Source of the DNA: Macrostomum lignano
Lineage: Eukaryota
Assembly: GCA_002269645.1 (NCBI GenBank)
Contig: NIVC01001252.1
Span: 62,001-126,000, forward strand
Length of the DNA: 64,000 nucleotides
Direction of reading: 5' to 3'
Shown here: in pieces, positions 48,256 to 59,979 of the stretch
How positions within the stretch are numbered: position 1 is the stretch's first letter
Layout of the letters: every line of letters begins with the position of its first letter
The notes under the pieces: generated by a model
What the model was told of the DNA's origin: nothing
Seen by the model: the letters and a program-made list of their open reading frames with translations, nothing else
Databases searched by the model: none
Program-made: the position numbers and the translations under genes

Positions 48256-51200
48256 ATGCGCATTTTGAGCTTGTCTATCTTGTCATTGCCAATTTGGCTG
48301 ATTGTCTCGTTGACACCGGACGGCGCCAGCGGTCTTGGCAGTGAAGCAAAGAGTAGCGCCTCTTCCTGGCGACAGCAGTTGGTGAACTTCACTGGCAGAG
48401 ACGGTCGCTGGCACCAGTGGCCAGTAAAAGAGCAGCGTGTGCTGGTCAGAGGTGACATTTACCTGGGAGGGCTAATGATGGTTCACTCGCGGTCGGAAAG
48501 CCGTGTCTGCGGTTCAGTCATGCCGCAGGGCGGCGTTCAGGCCCTCGAAGCCATGCTATTTACACTGGACCAAGTCAACAGGCTTGGACTGGCTGGACCC
48601 AACGTTACCCTCGGGGCCTTCATCAAGGACGACTGCGACCGCGACACCTACGGCCTAGACCAAGCTGTTGAGTTCATTAAGGGTGAGAGCAACAGATTAC
48701 AGATGCATATCAGACTGCAATCGCACTGTACACCTAGTTCCTATGATATTGGTTATCAAAGCTTTACTACCTTTCGAGTAACATTAGAGACCCATTCTGA
48801 AAGCTACGTCAACATAAAAAAGCACCAAAAACTTGATGCATCCGAGCAAGCATCGCGTGCATGTAGACGAGAAAAGTACGCCAAACGTAAATCTTTTATG
48901 TGAGCAACACGTACAGGCATTACTATTATGCATACTATTATGTTCAAACCTCGCCACAGAGATTCTGCATAGCTATCTCACTCGTTTCGGTAAATTTTTA
49001 TCCCAACCCATACCGTACAGGGGCCGGGGTATATGAAGAGAATTTGTTGATTCCAAGTCCTCTGCTCCTGGAAAAAGATAAAGCACGAGAAAGTTGCACA
49101 ATGGGTATATAGGCATATAGTGGGATGCATATGTGTCGCAGTCTGACGCTCGCGCTATAGCCTCTGGTTCGATTCCGTTCGCAGTCACATCAACTCAGGG
49201 CCCGTGCCTTGTACACTAAAATCGGCCGGGAGTGGTCTTGTGATTCAATCCCTATGGTACATGTCTGAAGATTAGAAAATCAGGACCTCTTTGCACCCTG
49301 TGTGAGCGTGTGTACTGCCCTGCACTGAAACACTGCAGCCTCGCCGAAGATCAGCTCCGGCCAGGCCGCGTGCAGTCGCCGCCCAAGCTTCGACGCCGGA
49401 ATTGGCGGCGAAGGCGACGGGCCTCCATTGATCACTGGCGTTGTCGGGGCTCCTTCGTCCATCACGTCGAGCCACGTGGCGTCTCTGCTTAAGTTGTTTG
49501 ATATTCCACAGGTTCTAACGGATTTTGAGTTGTCTTTAACTCATAAATTTATTGCAAACTACGAGCTCTTAACTCGAGAGTTTCTCTATTGTAGATTAGC
49601 TTCTTTTCAACAGCGCCGCAGCTGTCGGACAAGAACCGATTTCCATTCTTCATGAGAACCATTCCCTCGGACGCCTACCAAGCTGTGGCGATAGTGGAGC
49701 TCGCCAAGCTGTTCAACTGGTCGTACGTGTCAGTCGTCTACGAGGACTCAAGTTATGGCAGAGGGGTGGGTTCGCATGATGGCTATGATTTAATTCACAT
49801 TGGAAGACTTTCACTACACCTCTCTCTCTCTTAGTGTGGGGCAACATGTTAAAAAATGCAGTGATTAAGCTCTAGCTCGATCAACGGTTTGTAAATTGTT
49901 TAGTAAGAAAACATAGCTAGGAAAGCATTAAGCTAGTAAATTTATAAAGAACCTTAATTTTAAGTTTTTTATTTATCAAGTTAAATAAGTTGTGGATTTC
50001 TAATTCTCTCCTGCCATCCAGGCTCTTGAGCAGATGGAGAGACTGTTTAGGGAAAGCGACATCTGCCTGGCCCGAGTAGAAACTCTGCCACGAGACTCGA
50101 AGCTGGCCAGAGTTGAGGACTACTATGACAAGATCGAGCGTCTACTCAATCATCAGAGCCTATTTGACGGACTTGGCGCTAAAGGTACACGTTGAAAATC
50201 AAGGCAGAATACTGCTCCTGCTACTTTTATTAGAGAAGTAGAGAAATATTAAATGAGGGTCTTTGCTCAACACTGTTACACAGGAGTAATTATATTCGGC
50301 TCCGACCAAGAAGTTGGCGACTTCATGTCGGCAGTCAGACGGCTCAACTGCTCGGACAAGTTCAGCTGGATCGGCTCCGACGGCTGGGGCGCCCGACCGC
50401 TGGCTTACAGAGACGGAAATGAGAAGACAGTAGGTGGCTGATCCTCATAAACTTGTAACACCTTCTCCCGTAAATAAGCTGGTTAAATTGCAAATGATAA
50501 ACTGTTTCTCATAACTCAGGTCGAGGGAGCAGTGACAGTGCAGCCTCTAGCAGAGCCCATCGTCGGCTTCAAGGAATACTTCCTCAGCCTGCGACCCGAC
50601 ACCAACAAGCGGAACCCGTGGTTCGCTGAGTTCTGGGAGGACTACTTCGACTGCTGGCTGCCCGACGGGCCGCAGACGCCGTACAACCAGAAGCACTCGG
50701 AGATGTGCCGACCGGAGCTCAGAATGTCGGAGTCGGACGCGAAGTTCGTGCTCGAGCCGCAGCTGCAGTTCGTCAGCGATGCGGTGATGGCGTTCGCAGT
50801 GGCGTTGCGGGTGAGGTGGGCTGCGTTGAGCAAGAGAGGCTGGCTACAATCTCTAAGTGTAAGTGAAAATCATTCGCATGCAAAACTGCCCTGCAAAATC
50901 TTCCCTCAGAATCTCCGCATTCAGCTGTGCCGTCCGGGAGTTTCCCATCCAGCGTGTTTGCACCGGCTGGCCACTAGTGGCTCCGAGCTGCTAGTCGAGC
51001 TCAAGTCAGTCAATTTCACGGGCCTATCCGGGATGGACGTGCACTTCACGCCGGGCAACGCGGATGGCCCGCCGCGCTATCGGATTCTGAACTTCCAGGC
51101 GGACAGTGAAAGCGGCTACAGCTGGCGCGAGGTCGGACGCTTTGATGGAGCCCGCGGCGGCGTCCAGCTCGAGTGGAGCAGCCTGCGCTTCCGCGGCGGG

Positions 51201-53160
51201 GCCAGCCAGCCACCAGTGTCCGCTTGTCGGCCAGAATGTTCGGACAGTTCAATCCGCCAGGTGTCACCCGGCGAGTGCAGCTGCTGGATGTGCGTCCACT
51301 GTCCGGATTATCACGTTGTCGACGAGGAACGACAGCATTGCATCCTGTGCAAGAAGGGCACTCGGCCCTCCTCAGACAGGACAAATTGCGAGCCCATCGA
51401 TATGGTAAAGAATAGCTCTGGAACCTGAGACACAAAGAGTAGTGCTCGATTGAGCGATGTGTCGAGTCTGCGACTCAATATTTGTGCCTCGAAATAGAGG
51501 ACAATCAATTAGTGATCATGACTAACTCCAAAGTCAAGTACTATACGAGCTACATGTAAAAGGTCCAGTGAACTTGGGGACAGACGGATTTGAAGTCTAG
51601 TACCCATTCGATCTCAGCATATCCGATGCGAGCAAATTTTTAGATTTGAGAAGCTTTGGGCCTGGCGAACGATGCGAGCTACTTCTAGAAGTAGAGAGCT
51701 GTTTTACATCCAAGGCTTTCATTTCTACTTGTGGCTTGTAACGCCGGGAAACCACTCTTTCTCAGGAGTTCCTCAGCTTCGGCCACCCGGTGGCGGCTGT
51801 GGCGGCGACCCTTGCCTCCCTTGGCGTCGCGGCGTCGCTGTTTGTCCTCTTCGAATTTGCGCGCTATCGCGATAGCGCCGTAGTTCAAGCCTCCGGCCTG
51901 GAGCTGAGCCTGCTGCTGCTGCTGGGCCTCGTCGTGTGCTACTCGGCGACCTTCCTGCTGTGCGCCCGGCCCAGCAACTGGCTCTGCGGCGTCCAACGGT
52001 TCGTCGTCGGATTCGGCGTCGCCGTCAGCTCGTCGGCGCTGTTGGTCAAGACGGTGCGCCTCGAGCGACGCTTTAGAACAGGACGACCAGGTTTCGAGCC
52101 GTTGAAGCAGGTACATGAGCATTCGTCAACGACGCCAAGATCATTAAAAACCAGACTTTAAGTCTCATCAACCGTGGGCAGAGTAGGTCAGCGGTAGCAC
52201 TTCTGAATATCGCACCAAAGTACACTCGGGTTCAATTCAATAATTTGGGGCTCGTGCACGAAAGTCAGTCTGTGGCTTGTGGTTTAACTCGCGTCCAGGA
52301 GGGCCAAACCCCAAGGCACAGAGTGTGCATATGCCTGACAACGAGAACGGGGTCAGCAGAATGGGCATGATGGCTTGCCTACTCGCTGGTTGCGAGACTT
52401 ATCAGTACAGTTAATTCACAGCCAGTGTCCAAAGACCCTGCAATCAAAATGACTGACCAACTGCTCCCCACGCATCCAAGGTGCTGCTGTTTCTGCTGCT
52501 TGTCGCTGTTCAACTGGCCGCTCTCATCGGGTGGCTCCTGCTGCAGCCGCCGAAGTCGGTTAGCCACTTTCCGTCACGTGACCGACACCAGCTGGTCTGC
52601 TCGTCTCTGATTGGCCTGCTCTACCTGGTCGGCCTGGCTTACCCCATGCTGCTGGTGCTGCTCTGCACTGTCTGCGCCTTCTTCGCTCGGAACATCCCGG
52701 ACGGGTTCAACGAGACTAAGCACATCGGATTCACCATGTACAGCTCGTGCGTCATCTGGCTTGGCTTCGTTCCCTGCTACGCCCTGACTGGCGCTTTTGT
52801 TCACATCCGGGTAGCAACGCTTTGCTTTGCCATTACCCTGTCTGCCACAGTCACATTGGCCTGCCTGTTTGGCCCGAAGTTGTACATCATCCTGCTCCGT
52901 CCCGAGCTGAACGTGCGCCAGGCTGAGCAGTGCGGCTGCCAGTATCCGCTGCAGGAGAGACAGCCTGAGCCCGAAGCTAAGAGGCTGCTGTCCAGTCAAC
53001 TGCAGATAGACGATTGCTCTCAGACCGGATGTGAGTTCTTGCGTCTGGATATTAAAATTTTCGGTTGTTTCTTTCGTTAGACAGACCTGCATGGGCAGCT
53101 AAATCCTTGAGCCGGAACAAATGTCACGAGTTGAAGGCCATTGGTGCTGCAAGCCTGTGA
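48256..53160 (+). CDS. mtt: Class C GPCR, metabotropic-glutamate-receptor-like, mangetout/mXR type; exons 48256-48682, 49339-49511, 49595-49765, 50022-50184, 50284-50429, 50520-50810, 50910-51404, 51766-52110, 52481-53030, and a putative last exon 53081-53160
   Basis: All junctions keep frame. VFT motifs GGLMMVHSR..CGSVMPQGGVQALEAM, DDCDRDTYGL, ISFFST, RTIPSD, GVIIFGSDQEV, WIGSDGW, RNPWFAEFWEDYF, TPYN. A Cys-rich domain and a 7TM with RNIPDGFNETKHIGFTMYSSCVIW and GPKLY follow. From recollection these motifs match Drosophila mtt better than canonical mGluRs. The terminal exon is uncertain. Confidence 0.88.
49100..49315 (+). mobile_element. SINE family A copy in GPCR intron 1
   Basis: ggttcgattcc..gcagtcacat head and ctgaagattagaaaatcagg..ccctgtgtgagcgtgtgtac body. 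Confidence 0.5.
52175..52385 (+). mobile_element. SINE family A copy in a GPCR intron
   Basis: gggttcaattc, taatttggggct, gagggccaaaccccaaggcacagagtgtg, gtcagcagaatgggca. Confidence 0.5.
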
Positions 53161-53721
53161 CAAGCTGAAAAAGTGTAGATTCTAGAATAACTAAAAAGGC
53201 CACTTAGCACATTTGCGTGCAAGCTACTTTCAGTTCAGTAGTAAGTTAAACTGAAGCATTTTAATGTATTTTGAAATACAAGGCTTATTTATTGGCTCTT
53301 ACCCTCAAGCTTAAACTCTCAACTCCACACAGAACCTTTACCTTTGCCCCGCCACCCAATTTTTATTACCTTCCTCGGTTGTTCCAGTCTAAATCTGGAC
53401 CATGTACATTTCAGTGGCGAATGTACATTAATTCTGAACCAATTATGGCAAGCTGTTTACGTCTGCAAGCTTGGCAGTCATCTCATCTCAGTAAGTCACT
53501 AGCAATCTACGCCCCCGTTGGGGAGCCAAAGAAATGCAATACACGTTTTTTTAATAAGCTACAGGTATCCTTGAAATCTTAAAAAATCTCCTGTCAAAAC
53601 TTGTCAGCCTTGAAATGTCAGTAATTCCCCCCCCCAACAAGCTTTAACATATCAACTTCCCCCCTTGACATCTCAGCAATGCCCCCAATAAGCCTTGGAA
53701 ATCTAAAAATATCTGTCAACC

Positions 53722-53848
53722 TTCTAACCCTAACTCTAGCCTAACCCTAACCGTAACCCTAACCCTAACCCTAGCCTAACCCTAACCCTAACCCTAACCC
53801 TAACCCTAGCCCTAACCCTAACCTAACCCTAACCCTAACCTAACCCTA
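53722..53848. repeat. Interstitial telomere-like (CCCTAA)n tract
   Basis: About 20 mostly perfect aaccct hexamers. Confidence 0.93.
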
Positions 53849-54769
53849 AAGCATTGACATTTCAGTAATTCTCTCTAAGAGTCATTATTGCACTACTATA
53901 GCATTATAGCGATTCCCTGCAAGCCTCGACATCGTAGGGATTCCCAAATGCATCTCTTCACTTCGACATGAAGCTTCTTTTATTTTTTACATTACGCTTT
54001 TTTTATCAGCGATCCCTCCAATGAGGAGGCATCAAATAATGTAATAAAAAGTTTTCAATAAACTACATGTAGCTTCTGACTTTAGCCTTGAAATCTCATT
54101 TATACCCCCGTGAGCCTTGACATGTCAGCTATTCCCCCCGTAAGCCTTGACATGTCAGCGATGGCCTCCATAAACCTTGAAATCTAAAAACCCCCCGTTA
54201 ACCTTGAAACCCGATAAAATATAACCCTCAACACAAACCTGACCTAAACCTAACTTTAACCCAACCTAAAGTCTTGAAATCTCAGCAATTCTTCTCCCCT
54301 AAGCCTTGACATTTTAGTGATTCCTTCTTTAAGAATCACAGTACTATAACGATTTCCACCAAGCTTTGACATCGTAGCAATTCCCAAAGGAATCTTTTAA
54401 CTTCGACATGACTCTTCTTTTATGTATACGTAGTGCTACTTTTATTTTTTACATGACTCTTCTTCTATCAGCGCCCCCCCCCCTGTGGCGAGCCAACAAA
54501 GAATGTAATAAAAAAATTGAGTAAAGTACATGAACTTTGAAGTAGCTTCTGACTTTTGCTTTGACATCTCAGAAACCCCCCCCCCCGTAATCTCAGTTAT
54601 TCTCTGTGAGCCTTGACGTCTCAGTTTTTTCTCCCCAGCCCAGCACTATAGCTGCATTTAATTTTTACATGACACCCTTCATGTCTGACATGATGCTTCT
54701 TTTATTCTACCATGATGCTTCTTAATTTTTTAAATGACACTTTCATTAGTTTTTAATGAGGCTTCTATG

Positions 54770-56765
54770 ATTTTTTCATGACGCTTCTATGATTGTTTAC
54801 ATGACGCTTCTATGATTGTTTACATGACGCTTCTATGATTGTTTACATGACACTTCTATGATTTTTAATGACGCTTCTATGATTTTTAACATGACGCGTC
54901 TATGATTGTTTACATGACGCTTCTATGATTTTTTACATGACGCTTCTATGATTTTTAAATGACGCTTATATGATTGTTTACATGACACTTCTATGATTTT
55001 TAATGACGCTTCTACGATTGTTTACATGACGCTTCTATGATTTTTTACATGACGCTTCTATGATTTTTAACATGACGCTTCTATGATTGTTTACATGAAA
55101 CTTCTATGATTTTTACATGACGCTTCTATGATTGTTTACATGACGCTTCTATGATTGTTTACATGACGCTTCTATGATTGTTTCATGACGCTTCTATGAT
55201 TGTTTACATGACACTTCTATGATTTTTAATGACGCTTCTATGATTGTTTACATGACGCTTCTATGATTTTTTACATGACGCTTCTATGATTTTTAACATG
55301 ACGCTTCTATGATTGTTTACATGACGCTTCTATGATTTTTTACATGACGCTTCTATGATTGTTTACATGACACTTCTATGATTTTTACATGACGCTTCTA
55401 TGATTGTTTACATGACGCTTCTATGATTTTTTACATGACGCTTCTATGATTGTTTACATGACGCTTCTATGATTGTTTACATGACGCTTCTATGATTTTT
55501 TACATGACGCTTCTATGATTGTTTACATGACGCTTCTATGATTGTTTACATGACGCTTCTATGATTTTTTACATGACGCTTCTATGATTGTTTACATGAC
55601 GCTTCTATGATTGTTTACATGACGCTTCTATGATTGTTTACATGACGCTTCTATGATTGTTTACATGACACTTCTATGATTTTTAATGACGCTTCTATGA
55701 TTTTTAACATGACGCGTCTATGATTGTTTACATGACGCTTCTATGATTTTTTACATGACGCTTCTATGATTTTTAAATGACGCTTCTATGATTGTTTACA
55801 TGACACTTCTATGATTTTTAATGACGCTTCTACGATTGTTTACATGATGCTTCTATGATTTTTTACATGACGCTTCTATGATTTTTAACATGACGCGTCT
55901 ATGATTGTTTACATGACGCTTCTATGATTTTTAAATGACGCTTCTACGATTTTTACATGACGCTTCTATGACTTTTTTAAATGACGCTTCTATGATATTT
56001 TACATGACGCTTCTACGATTTTTTACATGACGCTTCTATGATTGTTTACATGACACTTCTATGATTGTTTACATGACGCTTCTATGACTTTTTTAAATGA
56101 CGCTTCTATGATTGTTTACATGACGCTTCTATGATTTTTTACATGACGCTTCTATGATTTTTAACATGACGCTTCTATGATTGTTTACATGACGCTTCTA
56201 TGATTTTTTACATGACGCTTCTATGATTTTTAAATGACGCTTATATGATTGTTTACATGACGCTTCTATGATTTTTTACATGACGCTTCTATGATTTTTT
56301 ACATGACGCTTCTATGATTTTTAACATGACGCTTCTATGATTGTTTACATGACGCTTCTATGATTTTTTACATGACGCTTCTATGATTTTTAACATGACG
56401 CTTCTATGATTGTTTACATGACGCTTCTATGATTGTTTACATGACGCTTCTATGATTGTTTCATGACGCTTCTATGATTGTTTACATGACACTTCTATGA
56501 TTTTTAATGACGCTTCTATGATTGTTTACATGACGCTTCTATGATTTTTTTAAATGACGCTTCTATGAGTTTTATATGACGCTTCTATGCTTTTTACATG
56601 ACGCTTCTATGCTTTTTACATGACGCTTCTATGATTGTTTACATGACGCTTCTATGATTGTTTACATGACGCTTCTATGATTTTTATATGACGCTTCTAT
56701 GATTGTTTCATGACGCTTCTATGATTTTTTACATGACGCTTCAATGATTTTTTACATGACGCCTT
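54770..56765. repeat. About 22-23-bp minisatellite (catgacgcttctatgattgttta), about 85 copies
   Basis: Visible array with a variable T-run. Confidence 0.97.
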
Positions 56766-56817
56766 TTGTCCTTCATTTGTCCTTGAATAAAAGCTTTTAA
56801 TAAAAAACTTTTCACTA

Positions 56818-56878
56818 CTAAGATTCGAACCCAGGTCGCTGCATTTGCAGTCCAGTCTGTTCACATCTAGGCTAGCTC
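56818..56878 (-). mobile_element. Degenerate tRNA-like head (Cys-GCA-like); SINE head or tRNA pseudogene
   Basis: tagcctagatgtg..ggactgcaaat..gggttcgaatc. There is no intact acceptor stem. Confidence 0.45.
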
Positions 56879-57780
56879 TTATCGAATTTATAAATGAAAT
56901 TGTAGCACTTGTATAATTCAACACTCACTCACGAAGCAGTTATGACATAATCAATTTCCCAGGCAAGTCAGTATCAGTCTCAATTAAAGTTGAGAATATG
57001 GTTACGCAATCTAAATCAAGTCTGGTGCTACGCTTCCACACTGCATTTTCAATACTGTGACGCAATTCAAGTTGGAGTTACAATTCAGTTATGATGCAAT
57101 CTATTTCAGAATCAGAATTCAACCAGTCAGTTTTTTCTCTAGCATTCTTACAATGCATTTCAAGTCGAAAAGTTTGCTTGACCTTTGCAAAAAAGCATGT
57201 TTTTCGAATATTTAATCGCTTTAACATGGAGCAATTTCTTAGCCAAGATGCATGTACCGTCACGGGAAAATTTCTGATCGAACAGTGCAAGTTCGAAGAA
57301 AATCGGTCCAGCCATTTTTTCTCTAATCGATTGCGTACAAACAAACAAGATTTTCATTTTGCTATCTGCTATCTGCAATGGTTTAATAATACAATTTGAA
57401 TAATTGTGCTCACGTAAAAATAAATTACTTGGGAGGATTTCATATCGATCTATTTTAGTATATTAGATCTCATCTCATCTCATCTCATAAACAGTCATCT
57501 CAGCTGCCTTTATTTTTATAAAATAGCCTATGTATTCTTCATTGCTACTGAACTGAAAGTAGAAAGCTGTTTTGCTAAGTATATACGCATGAGTGGCCCA
57601 TCCAGTTATTCTGGGATCTGTGTGTACAACTGGGCTACTTACAATCTTAGAAAAGAATTTCTTAATTACCCAAACATCAGTCTAACATCGAGTTCCTTCT
57701 AATTAACACATAAAGTCATCAAAACTGCCCCTTCCGGAACCGTGGCATCCGCATTCCTTTCCCCTTGCCGAGTCCCGCAG

Positions 57781-57989
57781 TTGAGCTCGCGTCTCTCCAT
57801 TCGCCAGTCAAGTCGCCAACTTCAATACGGGCTGTTCAGACTGAGGTGACTCACGCCAGCTGGCACAGCGACCGAATGACCCAGACTGGATCGGGCGACT
57901 GCGGCAGCGTCTTGGTGCTGACGGCGACCAGAAGATTTGCTGCTGCAGCTGTTGTTACTGCTGATGCGGATGCTGGGTTGGCTGATTGA
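57781..57989 (+). CDS. Candidate alternative terminal exon of the GPCR (C-tail)
   Basis: Strong acceptor tcctttccccttgccgagtcccgcag. A phase-1 join to the 53030 donor gives an open frame ELASLHSPVKSPTSIRAVQTEV..GLAD*. GC-rich island in AT-rich surroundings. Confidence 0.5.
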
Positions 57990-58384
57990 GTCTCTGAAGA
58001 AGCTGAGAGAGCTGAAGCGGCTAAAAAAGCGACAAAAATAGGACTCTTTAGAAAGCCCTACTAGTAGATGAGTAGTGGTTAAACAGACTAATGCACTTTT
58101 TTGCGTTCTACCTGAGCCATTTAGCGTTCGATTTTGGTTGGCGCACTGTTTGTCGCAAAGTCATAATCACCTGACCTGAGGCAGTAGTTAAGTTTTGAGC
58201 TCATCTAGAGCGATATACAGAATACAGAGTTTTAGCGTTATCAACATAACGTTTTAGTCCAGCATATTGATAGATTTCCTACTATCACATACCTACCTAC
58301 CCACAGACAACTCATTTTTAGTATACAGGATTATAAATAGCATTTCAATTGTCAGCCATCAGCCCCCCAAGTTGGCGCAAAACA

Positions 58385-59253
58385 CCCTCTCTCTCTACTC
58401 TCCCACCCTCTCTCTCCTCTCCCACCCTCTCTCTCTACTCTCCCACCCTCTCTCTCCTCTCCCACCCTCTCTCTCCTCTCCCACCCTCTCTCTCTACTCT
58501 CCCACCCTCTCTCTCCTCTCCCACCCTCTCTCTCTACTCTCCCACCCTCTCTCTCCTCTCCCACCCTCTCTCTCTACTCTCCCACCCTCTCTCTCCTCTC
58601 CCACCCTCTCTCTCCTCTCCCACCCTCTCTCTCCTCTCCCACCCTCTCTCTCCTCTCCCACCCTCTCTCTCTACTCTCCCACCCTCTCTCTCCTCTCCCA
58701 CCCTCTCTCTCTACTCTCCCACCCTCTCTCTCCTCTCCCACCCTCTCTCTCTACTCTCCCACCCTCTCTCTCCTCTCCCACCCTCTCTCTCTCCTCTCCC
58801 ACCCTCTCTCTCCTCTCCCACCCTCTCTCTCTACTCTCCCACCCTCTCTCTCCTCTCCCACCCTCTCTCTCCTCTCCCACCCTCTCTCTCTACTCTCCCA
58901 CCCTCTCTCTCCTCTCCCACCCTCTCTCTCCTCTCCCACCCTCTCTCTCTACTCTCCCACCCTCTCTCTCCTCTCCCACCCTCTCTCTCTACTCTCCCAC
59001 CCTCTCTCTCCTCTCCCACCCTCTCTCTCTACTCTCCCACCCTCTCTCTCCTCTCCCACCCTCTCTCTCCTCTCCCACCCTCTCTCTCTACTCTCCCACC
59101 CTCTCTCTCCTCTCCCACCCTCTCTCTCCTCTCCCACCCTCTCTCTCTACTCTCCCACCCTCTCTCTCCTCTCCCACCCTCTCTCTCCTCTCCCACCCTC
59201 TCTCTCCTCTCCCACCCTCTCTCTCTACTCTCCCACCCTCTCTCTCCTCTCCC
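58385..59253. repeat. CT-rich about 20-23-bp minisatellite (ctctcccaccctctctctc(t)a/c)
   Basis: Visible array. It produces the spurious LSHPL and GERG ORFs. Confidence 0.96.
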
Positions 59254-59407
59254 ACGGTGCGAAGCGCCTTGTCGACTGGAGTGCAGGTTGGTTCGGACAG
59301 TGTTTGACGCGAGCCTTCAAAAAGTTTCTAAGAAACGAAGGTTGCTCCGTCCATTTATCATTTACTTCGAACGCCAAAGTTTTATTGAGATAAATTCCAC
59401 CACCCAG

Positions 59408-59926
59408 ATGGTCACTTTTGGGCTTCTCGTCAGCGTCCAACTGGCCGCGCTGACGGTGTGGCTCATGCTACAGCCGCCGCAGGTGGTGAGCATATCTCCG
59501 TCACGTGACCGCCAACAGCTGGTCTGCGCCTCTCTGATTGGTCGGGCCTATCTAATCCGTTTGGCCTATCCAATGCTGCTAGCGCTCTTCTTTTTGATTG
59601 GCTCAGCCTCCGCCGCTCTCCGGAACGTCCCGGTTGCGAGCAACGAAATCAGGCAGCTGTGCGTCACCGCCGTCTGCAACTTCATCACCTGTCTGCTGCT
59701 CCTGCTCTGCTACTTACTGGCTAGCGAGTCTGCAGCCATCCGCATCTTGGCTCTGTGTTTTGGCACCTCAGTGTCAGCTTCGGCAACTCTGGTCAGCCTG
59801 TTCGCCTCTCAGCTGCGCTTCATCATGCTGAGTCCGGCCGCAGAGAGTCCGGCCCCACGTCAGGCTGACCAGCTGCAGGAAATTCGATCTGGCGATGAAG
59901 CTGACCAGAGTCTGGTCAGGGCCTGA
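59408..59926 (+). CDS. Diverged duplicate of the GPCR TM4-TM7 exon (candidate mutually exclusive terminal exon, 172 aa)
   Basis: Acceptor ccacccag|atg is phase 0 and aligns codon for codon with the start of exon 52481 (MVTFGLLVSVQLAALTVWLMLQPP vs VLLFLLLVAVQLAALIGWLLLQPP). PSRDRxQLVC, LAYPMLL, RNxP..NE and IR..LCF are shared. The frame is open to a stop at 59926. Confidence 0.75.
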   Translation: MVTFGLLVSVQLAALTVWLMLQPPQVVSISPSRDRQQLVCASLIGRAYLIRLAYPMLLALFFLIGSASAALRNVPVASNEIRQLCVTAVCNFITCLLLLLCYLLASESAAIRILALCFGTSVSASATLVSLFASQLRFIMLSPAAESPAPRQADQLQEIRSGDEADQSLVRA

Positions 59927-59979
59927 GAGCTTGAACTTTTAAAAATCAATGTGAAGGAGTCATTTTGAAAAACAAACAC

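Noticed and set aside
53722-53848. True chromosome end
   Set aside because: The tract is only about 125 bp, degenerate, and flanked by genic sequence on both sides.
58267-59407. N-terminal part of the 525-aa ORF and the 346-aa ORF
   Set aside because: This is read-through of the CT-rich minisatellite. Only 59408-59926 is homologous to the GPCR.
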